Assembly (NCBI RefSeq): GCF_009914755.1
Contig: NC_060931.1
Source: the human T2T-CHM13v2.0 reference genome, Homo sapiens
Direction: 5' to 3' (one strand)
DNA length: 64,000 nucleotides
Shown here: positions 26,849 to 40,665 of the stretch, in pieces
How positions within the stretch are numbered: position 1 is the stretch's first letter
Layout: each line of letters begins with the position of its first letter
Notes under the pieces: model-generated
The model's database searches: none
Told to the model about the DNA's origin: nothing
What the model saw: the letters and a program-made list of their open reading frames with translations, nothing else
Translations under genes and position numbers: made by a program

Positions 26849-28763
26849 CTGTAGAGGAAATAGAAGAAAAAGTAAACAAAAGAACATTTCACTGGCTAGA
26901 GCAGAGAGAAAGCAGAGGACAACATGGGTAGGTAGGGGTGGTGTCCGCTGGAGAAAATGTGTAATCATGAGGATGACAATGCTATCATAGGTCCCAAGTA
27001 ACCACAGGAAGAATGACTCCCACCAGTGGAACAGGTGTAGGCATCAGACATTATTTTTGAATGAATAATTCAACGTTGGAATTTAAGGGATTTTAGGATG
27101 TCCTAGTTTTATTTCCCATAACTTCTATTATATGTCAACATTATTTTCCTCGTTAGTTTTGACTTCCTTCTTTTTCTTTTCCCATCATTTCCTCTTCCCC
27201 TTTCCCCAAGAAAATCATCATTAATTGATAATCAGTAGTCCTTATATATCCCCTCTTTATATTTATTAGTTTTCCCTGGATGTATTTACTTCTTCTAACT
27301 TATACTTTCTACTCTTAATCCTAAGAAATCTTTTTCAGCGAGACGGGGAGGCTTCCGCACTCTCAGATGTGAACACAGGTATCACATCTACAATTCCATC
27401 TAGTCTTTCTCTCAGCTCAGTTACACACCACTTACACCTCCAACCCAAAGTGGGAAGATTGACTGATTTTTATTTATTTCAAACTTCTCTGCTTGAAATA
27501 AGATAATTTTGTCTTTCCTCTTGGATCTCAGGAAAATGCATTGACACTGCCCCTGCTAAATCTTTTGCTTAGGTGAAGTTGCTAGAGGCTGTAATCTAGA
27601 AAATATCACCTATTTAAATCACAAAATATGGTTTTTTTCTGAAAATATTTCCTGTCCTACCATGTTCTTTACGGTGACCTCTGAAGTGTCTCTCTAGGGT
27701 CTAACTAAAGTGATAAAATCTTAAGAAAAATAAGCTCCTAAAATGGCACATCCCAGGATAGCAGATTTGCCTTAGCATAATCAAGTACAGAAAATAAAAA
27801 TAAATAAATATATATATATGTATTATGGGACAGAGAGAGGAAGAATCTTGCAGCAAACTCAACTGGTGAAGAAATTCATACGTTAAGAAAATAACAAATT
27901 AATTTTCATATTTCCTAATCTGCATGCTTAAAATAAGTAATTTATCCATTTTATACAAGAATACTATTTCTCTAGAAATCACCTTTTCCTCTGATATTGT
28001 TACTTATTAAAAAATAAGTGGTACCCTTGTGTTCTAACATTTATCAGATAACATCTGAACTATCCTAGTACATGAATTTAAAACGGAGAACCAGAGAACA
28101 GCAGAAGTGTCCTTGGTCTTTTCCACTGTGTGCCTCTCCACCAAAGGAGAGAAGCAGGATATGGGTCACCTACAATCTAGACTTTATTTTAAACACTTCT
28201 AACAAAAGCAGAGAATGAGATTTCTGAGAAGCTCAGAAACGGGATTGAGCAGGAATTAATATGTCTTCCCCACATTTGTGCAGAGTCCTCAGGTATAATC
28301 AATTGATTCTCTCTCTCTCACACACAAGCGCGCGCACACACACACACACACTCTCTCTTTTCAGTTCAAATATTCATAAACAAACATGGCTCCACCCTCC
28401 ACAGACATACATTTACATTCCATTAATGTGCATCTCCAAAGTTGTACATGAAGAAATAGAAAAACAATGAGTCCTTTCTCAATTCACAGATTTGCAGAGA
28501 ATAACCTACAGTTACACATACGTAAGTAACAAACACACTAGACGTATCCTGAGTTAATAGCTGAGAAGATATGTTTCGAAGGGAACTAAGCCAATAAAGA
28601 GTAGGAGAGAACTTTGGATGAAGTTTTAAAGGAAGGAGAGTACAGGTGAGAAGGTAGATGACAGATGGTCAGGATATACCTCACAAGGTAATCAGATAAT
28701 GAAGCAGAAAATTCTCACTTGCCTAAAATACATATGGACCATGGAGAATATTTCCAGACTTAC

Positions 28764-28846
28764 GCATCTTTTGGCCCTTCCTGAGAAAGATCAAAGACTT
28801 GCCGTGGATTCAGGTACCACATGAACATCTGCAGGACTTTGGTTCC
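28764..28846 (-). CDS. DGKI: DGKI internal coding exon, [27 protein letters not shown](A)
   Basis: 83 nt; TTTTACAG|GGA acceptor, TGC|GTAAGT donor; LNPRQVFDL motif; phase 0 to 2. Confidence 0.97.
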
Positions 28847-28944
28847 CTGTAAAAAATAAATACACAAAAAGGCAATAATAGGAAGAAATTTCCCAAGAAT
28901 AACTGCTCATTTAAAAAATAAATACTTTTATTTAAAATAATACA

Positions 28945-29236
28945 CAGGGCACGGTGGCACACGCCTGTAATCCCAGCACCTTGGAAGGCTGACGCAGGTG
29001 GATCACTTGAGCCCAGGAGTTTGAGACCAGCCTAGGCAACATGACAAAATCCCGTCTCTACAAAAAATACAAACATCAGCCAGGTGTGGTGACACATGTC
29101 TTTAGTCCCAGCTGAGGAGGCGGAGTGTGCAGTGAGCCGAGATCACACCATTGCACTCCAGCCTGAGTGACAGGAGTGAAACCCTGTCTCAAAAAATAAT
29201 AAGTGAGTGAATGAATGATGAATAAATAAATAAAAT
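28945..29236 (+). mobile_element. Alu (AluJ-like) with an internal right-arm deletion
   Basis: ttgagcccaggagttt; cccagct joined directly to gaggaggcggag; (TAAA/TGAA)n tail. Confidence 0.92.
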
Positions 29237-29254
29237 AATATCTAATTATAAGCA

Positions 29255-29500
29255 GTATAGAAGAGTAGTTAAAATCACGGGCTTTGGTCATGGATAGCCA
29301 TAGGTTGAATGTCAGTTTAGATGTTTATCTAACCTGTGTAACTCTGGGCAAGTTTCTTCATTTCATTTAGCTCAGCCCTCCTTTTCTTTAACACAGAGAC
29401 AAGAATACCCAGTTTGCAGACTTGTTGCAAGGATTAAAAGCCATAATTTTTGAGAAGTACATCACAGTGTTTAAAATGCAGTAAGCCCTTAATGAATAAT
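29255..29500. mobile_element. MIR relic
   Basis: tgtgtaactctgggcaagtttctt...gttgcaaggattaaa. Confidence 0.65.
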
Positions 29501-29930
29501 ATTTATTTTACTATCATTAATGTATGAAAATCCATATAGAAAAGTTATTAGTCAGCCTATGTAATTTGACATTAATTTTCACTTTATTGTACAGATTATT
29601 GTCTGTATAATATAAAATATGGGCAGTATTAGCTAAGTATTAATATAATTTTATAGAAATAGTTTTTTCTAACTGAAGCAAAAGTATCCCAGGCTCCCAG
29701 TTATTTTATACATATATAAAACTTCCTTAGTAAGATCACAGCTTACTTTGACATTTTCAATCTCCATGCCTATACTGGTTTGTTTAAGCCAAACACTTCT
29801 CTGTCACGTGAACATTTTTGGGGCATTTTAAGTAACTGTGACATTTATAGAGATCATCATTACAGCAGACATAAGGTCACTTTAGAGATCATTTTTAAAT
29901 TGGATTGAGCAAACAAGAAATGCAAGAAGG

Positions 29931-30249
<319 letters not shown>

Positions 30250-33200
30250 TTATCAAGCAATACCAAAAGAGCTTTAAAAATCAGTAGGATGCCCCATTTT
30301 ATCACCCATAGCAAATAATATTTGACCAGTTGAGCCGAGTTTGTTGCTCATAATATTGTTGTTTTAGTAGATATCGTAATTGCTCTTTCTTAAAATATGC
30401 CTAGGTTTGTATATCTAATAAGCTGCATTTAAGAGTCATCCCAGTATACTGGACATAGTATGAGATTTGAGGTCAAACTAACTTCAGTGTTCTGAGTAAT
30501 CATGAGCATTTATAACCTTGCAGAAATGCAGTATATAAAATAGAAAGGATGTCCACCTTCCAGGGTGAGTATGAGAATTAAGTGAATCACTAACAGTCAC
30601 GTATCTAGCACAGTATGCGGCACAAAACAGACCTTTGTTACCGTTAATCCTTTTCTTTTTTGCAGCCAGTTAATCTACTCATTAAATTACACTTGAGAAT
30701 GTGAGCTCTAAAGTATAGCTTATAATTATCACATTGTTACTCCTGTTGTTACATAGGCCAATGCAGGTCTTTTGTTGCATGTACCAGCCAAACCTATAAT
30801 TTAAAAGTTCTGCCTTATCATGTGCTTGCTATAATTTTAGGAATCACGTTCTATCTAATAATTACAACGAATCCTTGAGTTTCACCAAATGACATATTGT
30901 GCTTCCTATCAAATTCAAACATAGACTTAGATCTGTATACACACTAAATACTAGATCATTTTCCCTCTTCTCACGCTGAGCCTTGCTATGAAGTGTGTTT
31001 GGGATTATCTCGAATAATCTTTTATGTTTAATAGGTAACACAGGAGTTATTTTAATGACCAACTAATTTATAAAACATTTCCAACTGACTTGCTAGAAAG
31101 TTCTTTGTTCAGTTTTAGATTCCTAGAGTAGTTTGAATTGTTGATGTTAATTACTCCTTTCCACCTGTGCTATAGTAGAGTGCACAGCTCAGCTTCAGCC
31201 TCTCCATTATGCAAATATTAATAGGTAACTAACATCTTCCAAAAAATAAAAATAAAAAGCATTGAGAGGTTGTTTTCCTTAAACTTGAATTTCTCTAAAA
31301 GGTCCGAGTGGCCACAGAGGTGACATTTCTATTGCAGTCTATTGGAATAACATGCCTGCAATTGTGTAAAGATAACTTGCATAGCCAGGCATGGCTACCC
31401 TGTTGAAATTGACATTCAGGCATGATATGATTACATCTTTTAAAAAGTAATCTTCTTTTCAAAATATGGTATTTATTACCAAAAATGTAAGTATCTAAAA
31501 GAAAGCGTTGAAAAAATGCTCCACCTAGTGTGTGGAGAAACAAAGATCTAACTCACACACTTAAATGAATTCTATTAACTCTGCTGTTACCTCTGGGTTA
31601 AGTAACTTTAAAGCTTTAATAGAGATAATTTATTAAATGTAACTGAATGGTTTGACAAATATTAATTCACCAGGAGAAGGGTAATTCATTTCTTCCTCAA
31701 TAGTAGGATTAAATCTGCTCATTTAGACATCTGTCACTTACTAACAACTCTCCAGCACTCTCATAGTTATCACATGCTATAATGCCAAACATAAAAACTG
31801 CAACTTTTGTGCAAGAGTCTAATTTTCTCTAAATGAAAAAAAAAAACAGCTTATATGCCAATCCCAATCCATGCATGCTACTGTAGATATACCTCACTGG
31901 CCACAGAACTTTTTTAGATATTATAAGAATGGGTATTCCTAAGGAGTAAAAGAACATTATTCTTCCAAGCAGCAAGTACTAGGGAGGGAGTGCAACAGGA
32001 GAATACAAATTCCCAAAAAGTGACTGGATTGAACAAGATTCATTCATTCACCTACTATGTGACAGGCACAGTTTTAGGTAGGAGAATACAGAGATGAACA
32101 AGACAGAGATGATCTTGTTCTCAGAAGGAAGTTCCATGCATTATTCATAAAGGAAAACATAATGACAATTGTTGGGGGTGTGGAGAAGCAATCAAGAACG
32201 GGTCGGTTCAAATAGCTCATCAATCTTCATCAAAGCACCATAACTCTAGTGTAGGTTGAAACTCTGCTATGTTACTAAGTCTTGGTTTATATCATGCAGG
32301 CATTATCTAGATTATAGAAAGAACAACTGCCCAGACAATAAGAAAGGCCTGAGAAAAATACATTAATGAGAGGAAGGGCTTAAGAAATTATTATTTCAAA
32401 CTGCTTCAAACAATCCAAATAGAATGCCTCATTTATTTGATAAATACGTATTAGGCCCCTACTCTGTCCATGTGTACCGTCGGGATCTCAGAACTTACTG
32501 GAAGGAGAGCAATACAAAATAAATTAATTCACCAAAGATGGGAACTTCTCTGATACAGACGTCTGCTAAGGAGGATGAGTGCCCAGAGGAAACACTCTTA
32601 AGCCCAAGTTGAGAGATTAGAAGGCGTTGTAAGTAAAATATCTGAAATGTGTCTTGAAAAATGAGTAGACTTAACTATTTCTTTCCACCTCGAATAGATG
32701 AAGAACCTTCAGGGTAAAGGCACAAAAGGTGTGAAACAGCAAGACATCCCATGAAAAAGCTACATTCTGTTCACTTTTCTGAACCATGAGACAGGGAGTT
32801 GCGAGAGAGGAGACAGCTGAAGTGAGCTGTGGTTTAAATAATGTATGCTGAGAGGCTTAGGCTTTAATTTATAGAAAACAAGGAGTCACTGAAAAGTCTT
32901 CATTAAGAGATTCAGACCAGCTTTTTTTTCTCCCAGACTGACATTTTTTATGCATCGCTCTGGCTACAGACTAAGGAACCAGACCTATCACAGGAGCTAG
33001 TTTGGGTCTTAGCTGCCCAATCCTCCCACCAATACTATGATTTCAGAAATAGGACTTTCCATAGGTTCATCATTTGGTTGTTTTAATTCCATCTGTTGAG
33101 GCTAGCTGGACAAGAAGATGTTGAGGCTGCATTTTGACAAGTGTCCTCGTCTACTGACTTCCCTCTGCCCTCTTCCCTGCCTACTCTAAACCTTAGGGAG

Positions 33201-33920
33201 CCTGCACTTTTATCTAAACATAATGATCCTTGAATTATCACTAGGTTGAGAAGTTTCCAGTACTGCAAAAAAGTAACTACTTCATTAAAGTTGCTTGTCC
33301 AATTATTTAGAAACAGTTTTGGGACTCAAATTTCTCATCTGAAGTTATTTACTCTTTCTGTCTTCCCCTTCTCCCCACCTTGATGTGACTGGCCCCTGAC
33401 TTAGGAGGGGTGGCCCTAGTCTGAGAAAGCCGATTCCCAGATGGTGGTGTAAACTCAGCTGCCATGTGTCTGTCCACAGACTGGACACCTCTTCCTCGAT
33501 CACCCTACTGATAAAGACCCTGGGACCTGTAATCCAAGGATCCAACTCCTGCCATACTTCTACCCCAGGATTCCACATCGAACAGTGTGCAAAGCCAGGG
33601 TCTGGATCCCTTGGCTCTCAGGGATGATCAGATAGAATCATCCTAGAGGTCAGAACATTGCTTTACCCTGAAGTTAAAGTCTAGGTCACTGGAAGAGAAA
33701 GTCATGAGAGAACGTGAGGGAGAGACAGTGTGAAAGCAGGAAACACTGAGAGATATCACAGGATTCTATAAAACTCAGAAAGATGCTAATGAGTCCAGGA
33801 CCTCAAAGAAAAATCTAAGTTTTGACATTAAGGCAAACAGAAGTGTAAGGGAGGGGACGTATTTCTCTAGTACTCGAAAGTTTCCACACATAGGAGGGGA
33901 TTGCACTGGAGTAAACTTTA

Positions 33921-34391
<471 letters not shown>

Positions 34392-34479
34392 CTACAGCTT
34401 TGCAAAACACCCAGTGTCATCGCTACCTTAAGAGTGTTGGAAAAACAAAGAGACAATTACTGCTAAGTTTAAAAGAAGA

Positions 34480-35048
34480 GATTTAACAACCTAGGTGTTC
34501 ATCAGTGGAAGAATGGATAAAGAAACTGTGGTATATATACATAATAAAATACTATTTGACCATAAAAAAGAATGAAATCCTGTCATTTGCAGCAACAAAG
34601 ATAGAACTGGAGGTCATTATGTTAAGTGAAATAAACCTGGCACAGAAAGACAAAAATTGACATGTTCTCACTCATATGTAGTAGAGCTAAGAAAGTGGAT
34701 CTGACAGAGGTAGAGAGTAGAATGATAGTTACCAAAGACTGGGAAGGGTGTGGTGGGTGTGGGGGATGACCAGACGTTGGACAGTGAGTAAAAACATACA
34801 ATTACATAGAAGAAATAGGTTCTAGTGTTTGCACAGTGGGGTGACTATACTTAACAACAGTATATTGCACATTTCAAAATAGCTAGAAGATTTGACATAT
34901 TTCAAACACAAAGAAATGATAAATGTTTGAGGTGATAGATGTGCTAAATACACTAACTTGCTCATTATACATGCCATAAATGTATCAAAATAGCATATGT
35001 ACTCCATAAGTATGTACAAAAAGAATGTATCAATTTAGAAAAAAAATT
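34480..35048 (+). mobile_element. L1MA-type 3' end (ORF2 tail and 3' UTR)
   Basis: gaatggataaagaaactgtggtatatatac...gaatgaaatcctgtcatttgcagcaaca...catgttctcactcata. Confidence 0.9.
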
Positions 35049-35183
35049 AAAGAGTTTTAAAATATGGGATTTCTTAAAAGAGAGACATAGAAGCAGTCCT
35101 TACACGGTTCATCCCAATACATTCCTTCAAAATGTTTTTCTTACACAAGTAAAATATTATATAAAGAGAAAAAGCTATTTTTC

Positions 35184-35202
35184 TTGCCAGTAGGTGGCAA
35201 TA
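35184..35202 (+). promoter_or_regulatory. Candidate CTCF binding site
   Basis: ttgCCAGTAGGTGGCAata matches core CCASYAGRKGGCR; motif match only. Confidence 0.45.
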
Positions 35203-35414
35203 TTGTCCAGTAATTTACTTAGAAGACTAAGCAAGTTAAAAATTTTTTAAAAAAAAAGAAAAAAAAAGTCTAAAGCCTAAGTTTCAAAGACAGAAGGAGA
35301 TAGGAATCCTTTATATCTAAAAGCAGGTGAGTGGAATAAGTAAATTATTAAAAGGCAAAACTCAAGATTTAACAAAAAGTATCTATTTTTCTATTTATCA
35401 CAGTAAGCCCCTGC

Positions 35415-35560
35415 TAACCATAGTATGGTTCTCTGAGCAGCAGTCTCAGCACCTGCGAGCTTATTACGAATGCAGCATCTTAGGGCCCACCCCGACTTAC
35501 TGAAGCAGAATCTGCATTTTAGCACAATTCCCATCTGAATCATACGCACATTAAATTCCA
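35415..35560. mobile_element. MER5A-like relic
   Basis: cagcacctgcgagcttattacgaatgcagcatcttagggcccacccc...tactgaagcagaatctgcatttt. Confidence 0.7.
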
Positions 35561-37901
35561 CCATATTATTCCTCTGTTCAAAAGCCAAAAGATTTTTTAA
35601 ACTAAAATATTTTAAACAGCAAAAAAACTAGTTTCCATTGCATAAATCCAAAGTCTTCAACCTGAAGTATCCTGTTTCTTGAAGACGTGATTCCATAGGA
35701 TCATTCTAATCTTTAATCACATTTCCAATAACTTAATATGCATGCACCACTCATCATATTGTCCTCAAAATGAATAATCGGCATCATGACATCTGTTCTT
35801 CTAATCCTATTATACAATTATTTAACTATGTGCCGTGTTCTAGAAATCACAGATTCAATGGTGGACCTGTACCCCAACAGTGAAGACGCACATAGAGCAG
35901 TTATGTTACTGTTCATATCATGCAAGTGTGTACCAAGGGCTATCGGGGCATAGTGGACAGGATGATTGATCTCGAGAAATGGTTCAGAAAGGCACCACTG
36001 AGCCTCGAAGGATGAACAAGAATTTGCTGAACAGGAATCTGCCACAGTAAAGAGCAGGAAAAGGACAGACCTTCCAGTCTTCTCTCCTCTGCATAACTAA
36101 GTAGTACCCATCTTTGATTTCAGCCATGTCCATGACACCATTTCCTTATCACTCCCAAGTCACTGCTTACCTCTGAAATATCATAGCACTGCAGTCTGAG
36201 CCACTCAATTTAGAAGTCACATGCAGTTAATGTTGCTTAAATTATTTTCCATTTGTTCCTTTTGTGTCATTTACAAGATGTCTTTAGAAAATTCATTTTA
36301 AGCTTCCTTGACCTCCCTTTTCTATTTAGTGAAATAGGAAGCAATATTAGATAATCTCTGAAGTCCCCGTCATTAATAATTTACACATAGACTGGAATAG
36401 GAACAGGCTATGTCTTAACTGGATCATCAGCTCCTTAAAGAAATAGATAACTTACTAGCCTCTGTGCGCCCTAGGAAAGAGAGCTTATAATGATTTAATA
36501 AATGCATCTTATATGTGGACTGTCATGACAAAATATATTTGAAACTAATTGATATGTGGTGCTCAGGTGGCCAAAATCATGGAACTAATTACATTTCCAT
36601 GTTTCAGGGTTCCCAACTGCATCTCTAACCTTTGATAGAACATAGGGATACTAGCCCAAGAGAGTGGGTATTGTTCAGGGAAAATTAAACCTCATTTCAA
36701 GGAAACCCATGTCTAGGTCCTCCTCTAATGATGTCTTAGAATTGCCATCATTACTCCATAAAGATCTCTCAGCAACTCAAAAATGCAGGACTTGAAAACA
36801 AATGGTTTCTTTGCTTACACAAATTTCTTTTCCTTGTTCTCCAAAATGTTAATACACATTTTTACCATATCAAGTTTTTGAGAATTTTGAAGGCAGAGAT
36901 GAAAGGAAGAATAATATTTCATTTAAATCATAAGCTCCCATAAGAGAAGTTTTATTGTAATTAATACATTCTGGACAATGCCCATTGTCTTTAGTAATAA
37001 GAACATCATCTTGGACCAGTGGGTCAATCCTATTTATACAACTTACCTTCCTTATATGGGATGACTAAAGGGTTTCAAATCTCCAGTTGTTTATTGTAAA
37101 ACTTGAAGGAATCTTGTCTCAAAATGTAAAATATATACTTCGTGGATAAAGAAAATATTTTCTCATCCAAACTCAGAAGAAAATAACAGAAAATTAAAGC
37201 CCATAGAAGAGTATTGATAAGAAGCCTCAGAGAGTGGGAAGATAATCGGATGAAGAGACAAAGACCAGGATTCAAGAACAAATTCTGTCCTTTATAGACC
37301 AGTGTCACTTTAGGCATGCCTTTAGACTTAACTTTTCTAAGTCAATTTCTTTATTCTCAAATGAGATAAGTATCTGTACTATTGGATTTGGGCTAGGACC
37401 AAGTGAAACCTTAAGAAGTTGATATTTTCTATAATGTTGGTGGTATTTGGTAGGGATTATCATGGCTCATGAATCATCCTTTTTTCTTCTCTGAGGATAG
37501 GGATGAAAGTGGTTGTATCTAAATTGCAATAGAAAGAAATAAAAAGAAGTTGATGAAGGGCCTCCTAACTATAAGAATTGAGGAATCCTGAAACATACGA
37601 ACTAAGAGAAATTCTAGAATATCCTTTCTTGAAAATCTGTAAGGAAAAAGTCAGTAGTTAGGTTTCTTAAGTGCCTTTGTTATAGTCTTATATGGAAGCA
37701 GACAGATAAATTATAGAACATCTAGGTTTTGCCCAGCCCTGTAATGTGTAAAGCTATCAGAGAAACAATAACCTTGTTCCTGAGAAACCGGTGTCTTCCA
37801 AAGCTTGGGATCCTAGTGGTACTATTTTAATTGGCAGTGAGAGTTGTGTCGTCAAGAAATTATCAAAACTTCTAAGTTGAAAATCATGAAAAATTACTCA
37901 C

Positions 37902-38000
37902 CTGGTTGCCTCCACTCTTGGGATTCACAAATACAAGCAAGGGTTTCATGAGAGGAGAAGAGATGGGTTTTATCACAAAAGGACGACCTTTGTTTTCCTG
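37902..38000 (-). CDS. DGKI: DGKI internal coding exon, [33 protein letters not shown] (start of catalytic domain)
   Basis: 99 nt; TTTCAG|CAG acceptor (NAGNAG), CAG|GTGAGT donor; [12 protein letters not shown] motif. Confidence 0.96.
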
Positions 38001-38470
38001 CTGAAAGAAGCAATCAGCACTGTTAGGATACACATCCATGGCTTGAAAGGCAACCCCAAGGCAAGGGAGGTGGAAAACCACCCAATAATACATTTTGTTT
38101 CCCAGGGCTGACTCTTAACACGACTTCCATGTAAGGCTTGGAAGAAAGTATCTCAAGTTATCATTTGCTCCAGAGAATTAAGCCAGGCTTTTTATTTTAC
38201 TCTGTAAACTCCAAATATTCCAGAAATATTAGCTTGGATCTTCATCATCATCATCTTGGGGATAACATTTCCAGGCAAGCGCAGAGGTTAGTTTTGAGTG
38301 TTTGTTTTTTTAAAAGAACAGAAAGAATCCTATTGTGGTTAGAGTGTAGTGAGGAGAAAGCAGTAGTAGAAGATAGATCAGAAAAATCAACTTGGACCAG
38401 ATCTCATAGGACAGAGTAGACTATGGAAAGAAAGTGGAAATTCCTCAGAATAAAACTCTGAAACACTTAC

Positions 38471-38545
38471 TTCCATCCCTCTTTTACTGGCTTTTCTTTT
38501 AAAGCTTGTTCTCTTCTTCTTCCGATTTGAAGCCTTCAGGGAGTT
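38471..38545 (-). CDS. DGKI: DGKI internal coding exon, NSLKASNRKKKRTSFKRKASKRGME (MARCKS-like basic domain/NLS of type IV DGKs)
   Basis: 75 nt; CCCTACAG|AAC acceptor, GAA|GTAAGT donor; phase 0 to 0. Confidence 0.96.
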
Positions 38546-40449
38546 CTGTAGGGAGAGAGAGAAATGCCTGAGCTCAGAGGCAGCCAGCCCAGGAGCTTTC
38601 CCATGCAGAACCAAGTAGAAGATGACGGCAGCGCATGCTGTTCCACTGCATGCTTCTCATGCTTTCACACTTCCAAGCCACTGTTCATGGATAAGCCACA
38701 GACAGAAATCAGTCGAGTGCTTCAGAGTAAGCGACTGACTCTCCACCACACGGAGAGGCAGGGAGTAAGAACCCCAGAGGCTCTCATGGACTCACATAAC
38801 AACACATGTTATACCTGCCAACCCTCCCAGTAAAAATGGAAGAATCCCAAATTCTCTGAGGGGCTCCAGTCTCCCGCCCAACCAGGTTCGTCTCCCGCCC
38901 AACCAAGTTCAAGTTCATCTCCTCGTATGGAGATCACCTATGTGGAAATGTAAAAAAGGAGGCCATTTTTCATGTTTTTATTTTTCTTTTTTGTTTTTTT
39001 TTTCTTAGTTTACTCTTTTGGTAATGATCTTTTCTAGTAATAGTCATAAAGTGACTCTTGACCCTACTCGAAATTTATGATCCAACTGTCCTATCAGTTG
39101 TCTGACATGTAAAATGCAAAGATAATACTCACCTTAAATCACTATGAGAGTGGGATGGAAGTCATTGTTCTTTCTTTCTCTGTCTAAAGACCTAATGGTT
39201 TAAAAAGTTTTCCCTCCCCTGGTAGCCTTGATTTTTTTCTTCTTATAAAAGTGCCTCAAACTTGTTGAAATACAGTGACCCCCAAATTTACTTTCCTTGT
39301 CTTTCTCTTTCTAGAAACTTTATAGACCACAATATTGTGATTACTTCAACTAACCATTTTCTCTTAATATTTGATACAGATGTTTTGAGAAGAACCTGTC
39401 ATAGGGATCAGTCACAACCCACTGATTGAAGACAAGATAAAAACAGATTTAATTAGTGGAGAGTCAATGATTAATTAGACTGCTATCTTTAAAAGGCAAG
39501 ATATTACTGACCATATAATAGATGTTTAACAAAGTGTTGGCAGCAAGAAACACAGAATTCTTAAATTAAAAGTTTATATAAGTATATATGCATGCATTGT
39601 TTGAGTAAAGTTGTCAAACAGCCTCAAGAAATGCAAATGTCTATTCTACTTTTTAATGTATTCTTTTTTCTTTGAGCATTCAAAATAATCTTTAGTATAA
39701 AGTACATATACTAAGTCATCCAAATTAGTAAGCTCCTATTTAGCTTTTATTTTACTTTGACTTGGATTTGGGAAAAAAAATAAGTTGATACATGACCTGT
39801 GTTCACCGGGGATGAGGGAAATTTTCAAGAACTACCATCTGTCCCAAGGTTTTCTTTCCCATCAGATTAAAAGATCTCAGGATCTCAGAGTCACACCAGG
39901 AAAAGAGAGATCGAGGAGCTCATGGGTGCTCTAGACCCCAGGTCATTCCTCATCACTCACTGTTGACTCTACTTCCCCCTGAAAATAGATCTTCGAGTTT
40001 CTAAATTCTCAGTTAAATGGGTCTTTTATCATGTCCCTCACTGAGGAATATTTCGCATTATGAAAGTATTTGTTATATTTTGATAGATTTCTGTTTGTTT
40101 AAAAGGGAAGAAAAGTGATTTGGAATCATTAATCATTTAATCAGCCAAATGATCTAAGAAGAATGCTAGAAACCACGAGGCTGGCAGGAACAGTATGTAT
40201 TTGGTGTCAATTAACAATGCTCTAAATGCTTCTCAACCATCTCTACACATTGGCATCACCCAGAGAGTTTTGAAAAATGCTCGTGCCCGGGCCCCATCAA
40301 CTATTCTTTCATCTGTTTGGGGTAAAGCCCAGGCAAGGATACTTTTTAAAAGTTTACCAGGCAACTCTATCACAGAGTGATGGCAGTAGAAAGAGGAAAG
40401 TGAGGAGACACATAGATTGTGTTAAGCAGAAGATGAACAGAGACAGGAA

Positions 40450-40665
40450 TATACGTCTGGTATGGACTCTGAATCTCCCTGTTGTGAGATCAGTGACCTT
40501 GGCCAAGTCAGTCAAACTTCTGAAATAACAGTTTCTTAATTTTAAAATGATGGTGACACTACCCACCTCATGGGACAGTTATGAAGTTATAACCAGCAAA
40601 GGTACATGAAGCAGTTAGCTGGGTATTCATCCCACCATGAGCACTTCAGTAAATGTTAGCTCATT
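40450..40665. mobile_element. MIR relic
   Basis: gtgaccttggccaagtca...cagtttct...taaaatg...cccacctcatggg...taaatgttagct. Confidence 0.7.

Noticed and set aside
34741-34765. G-quadruplex-type motif GGGaaGGGtgtggtGGGtgtGGGGG
   Set aside because: This is the usual G-rich tract of L1 3' UTRs.
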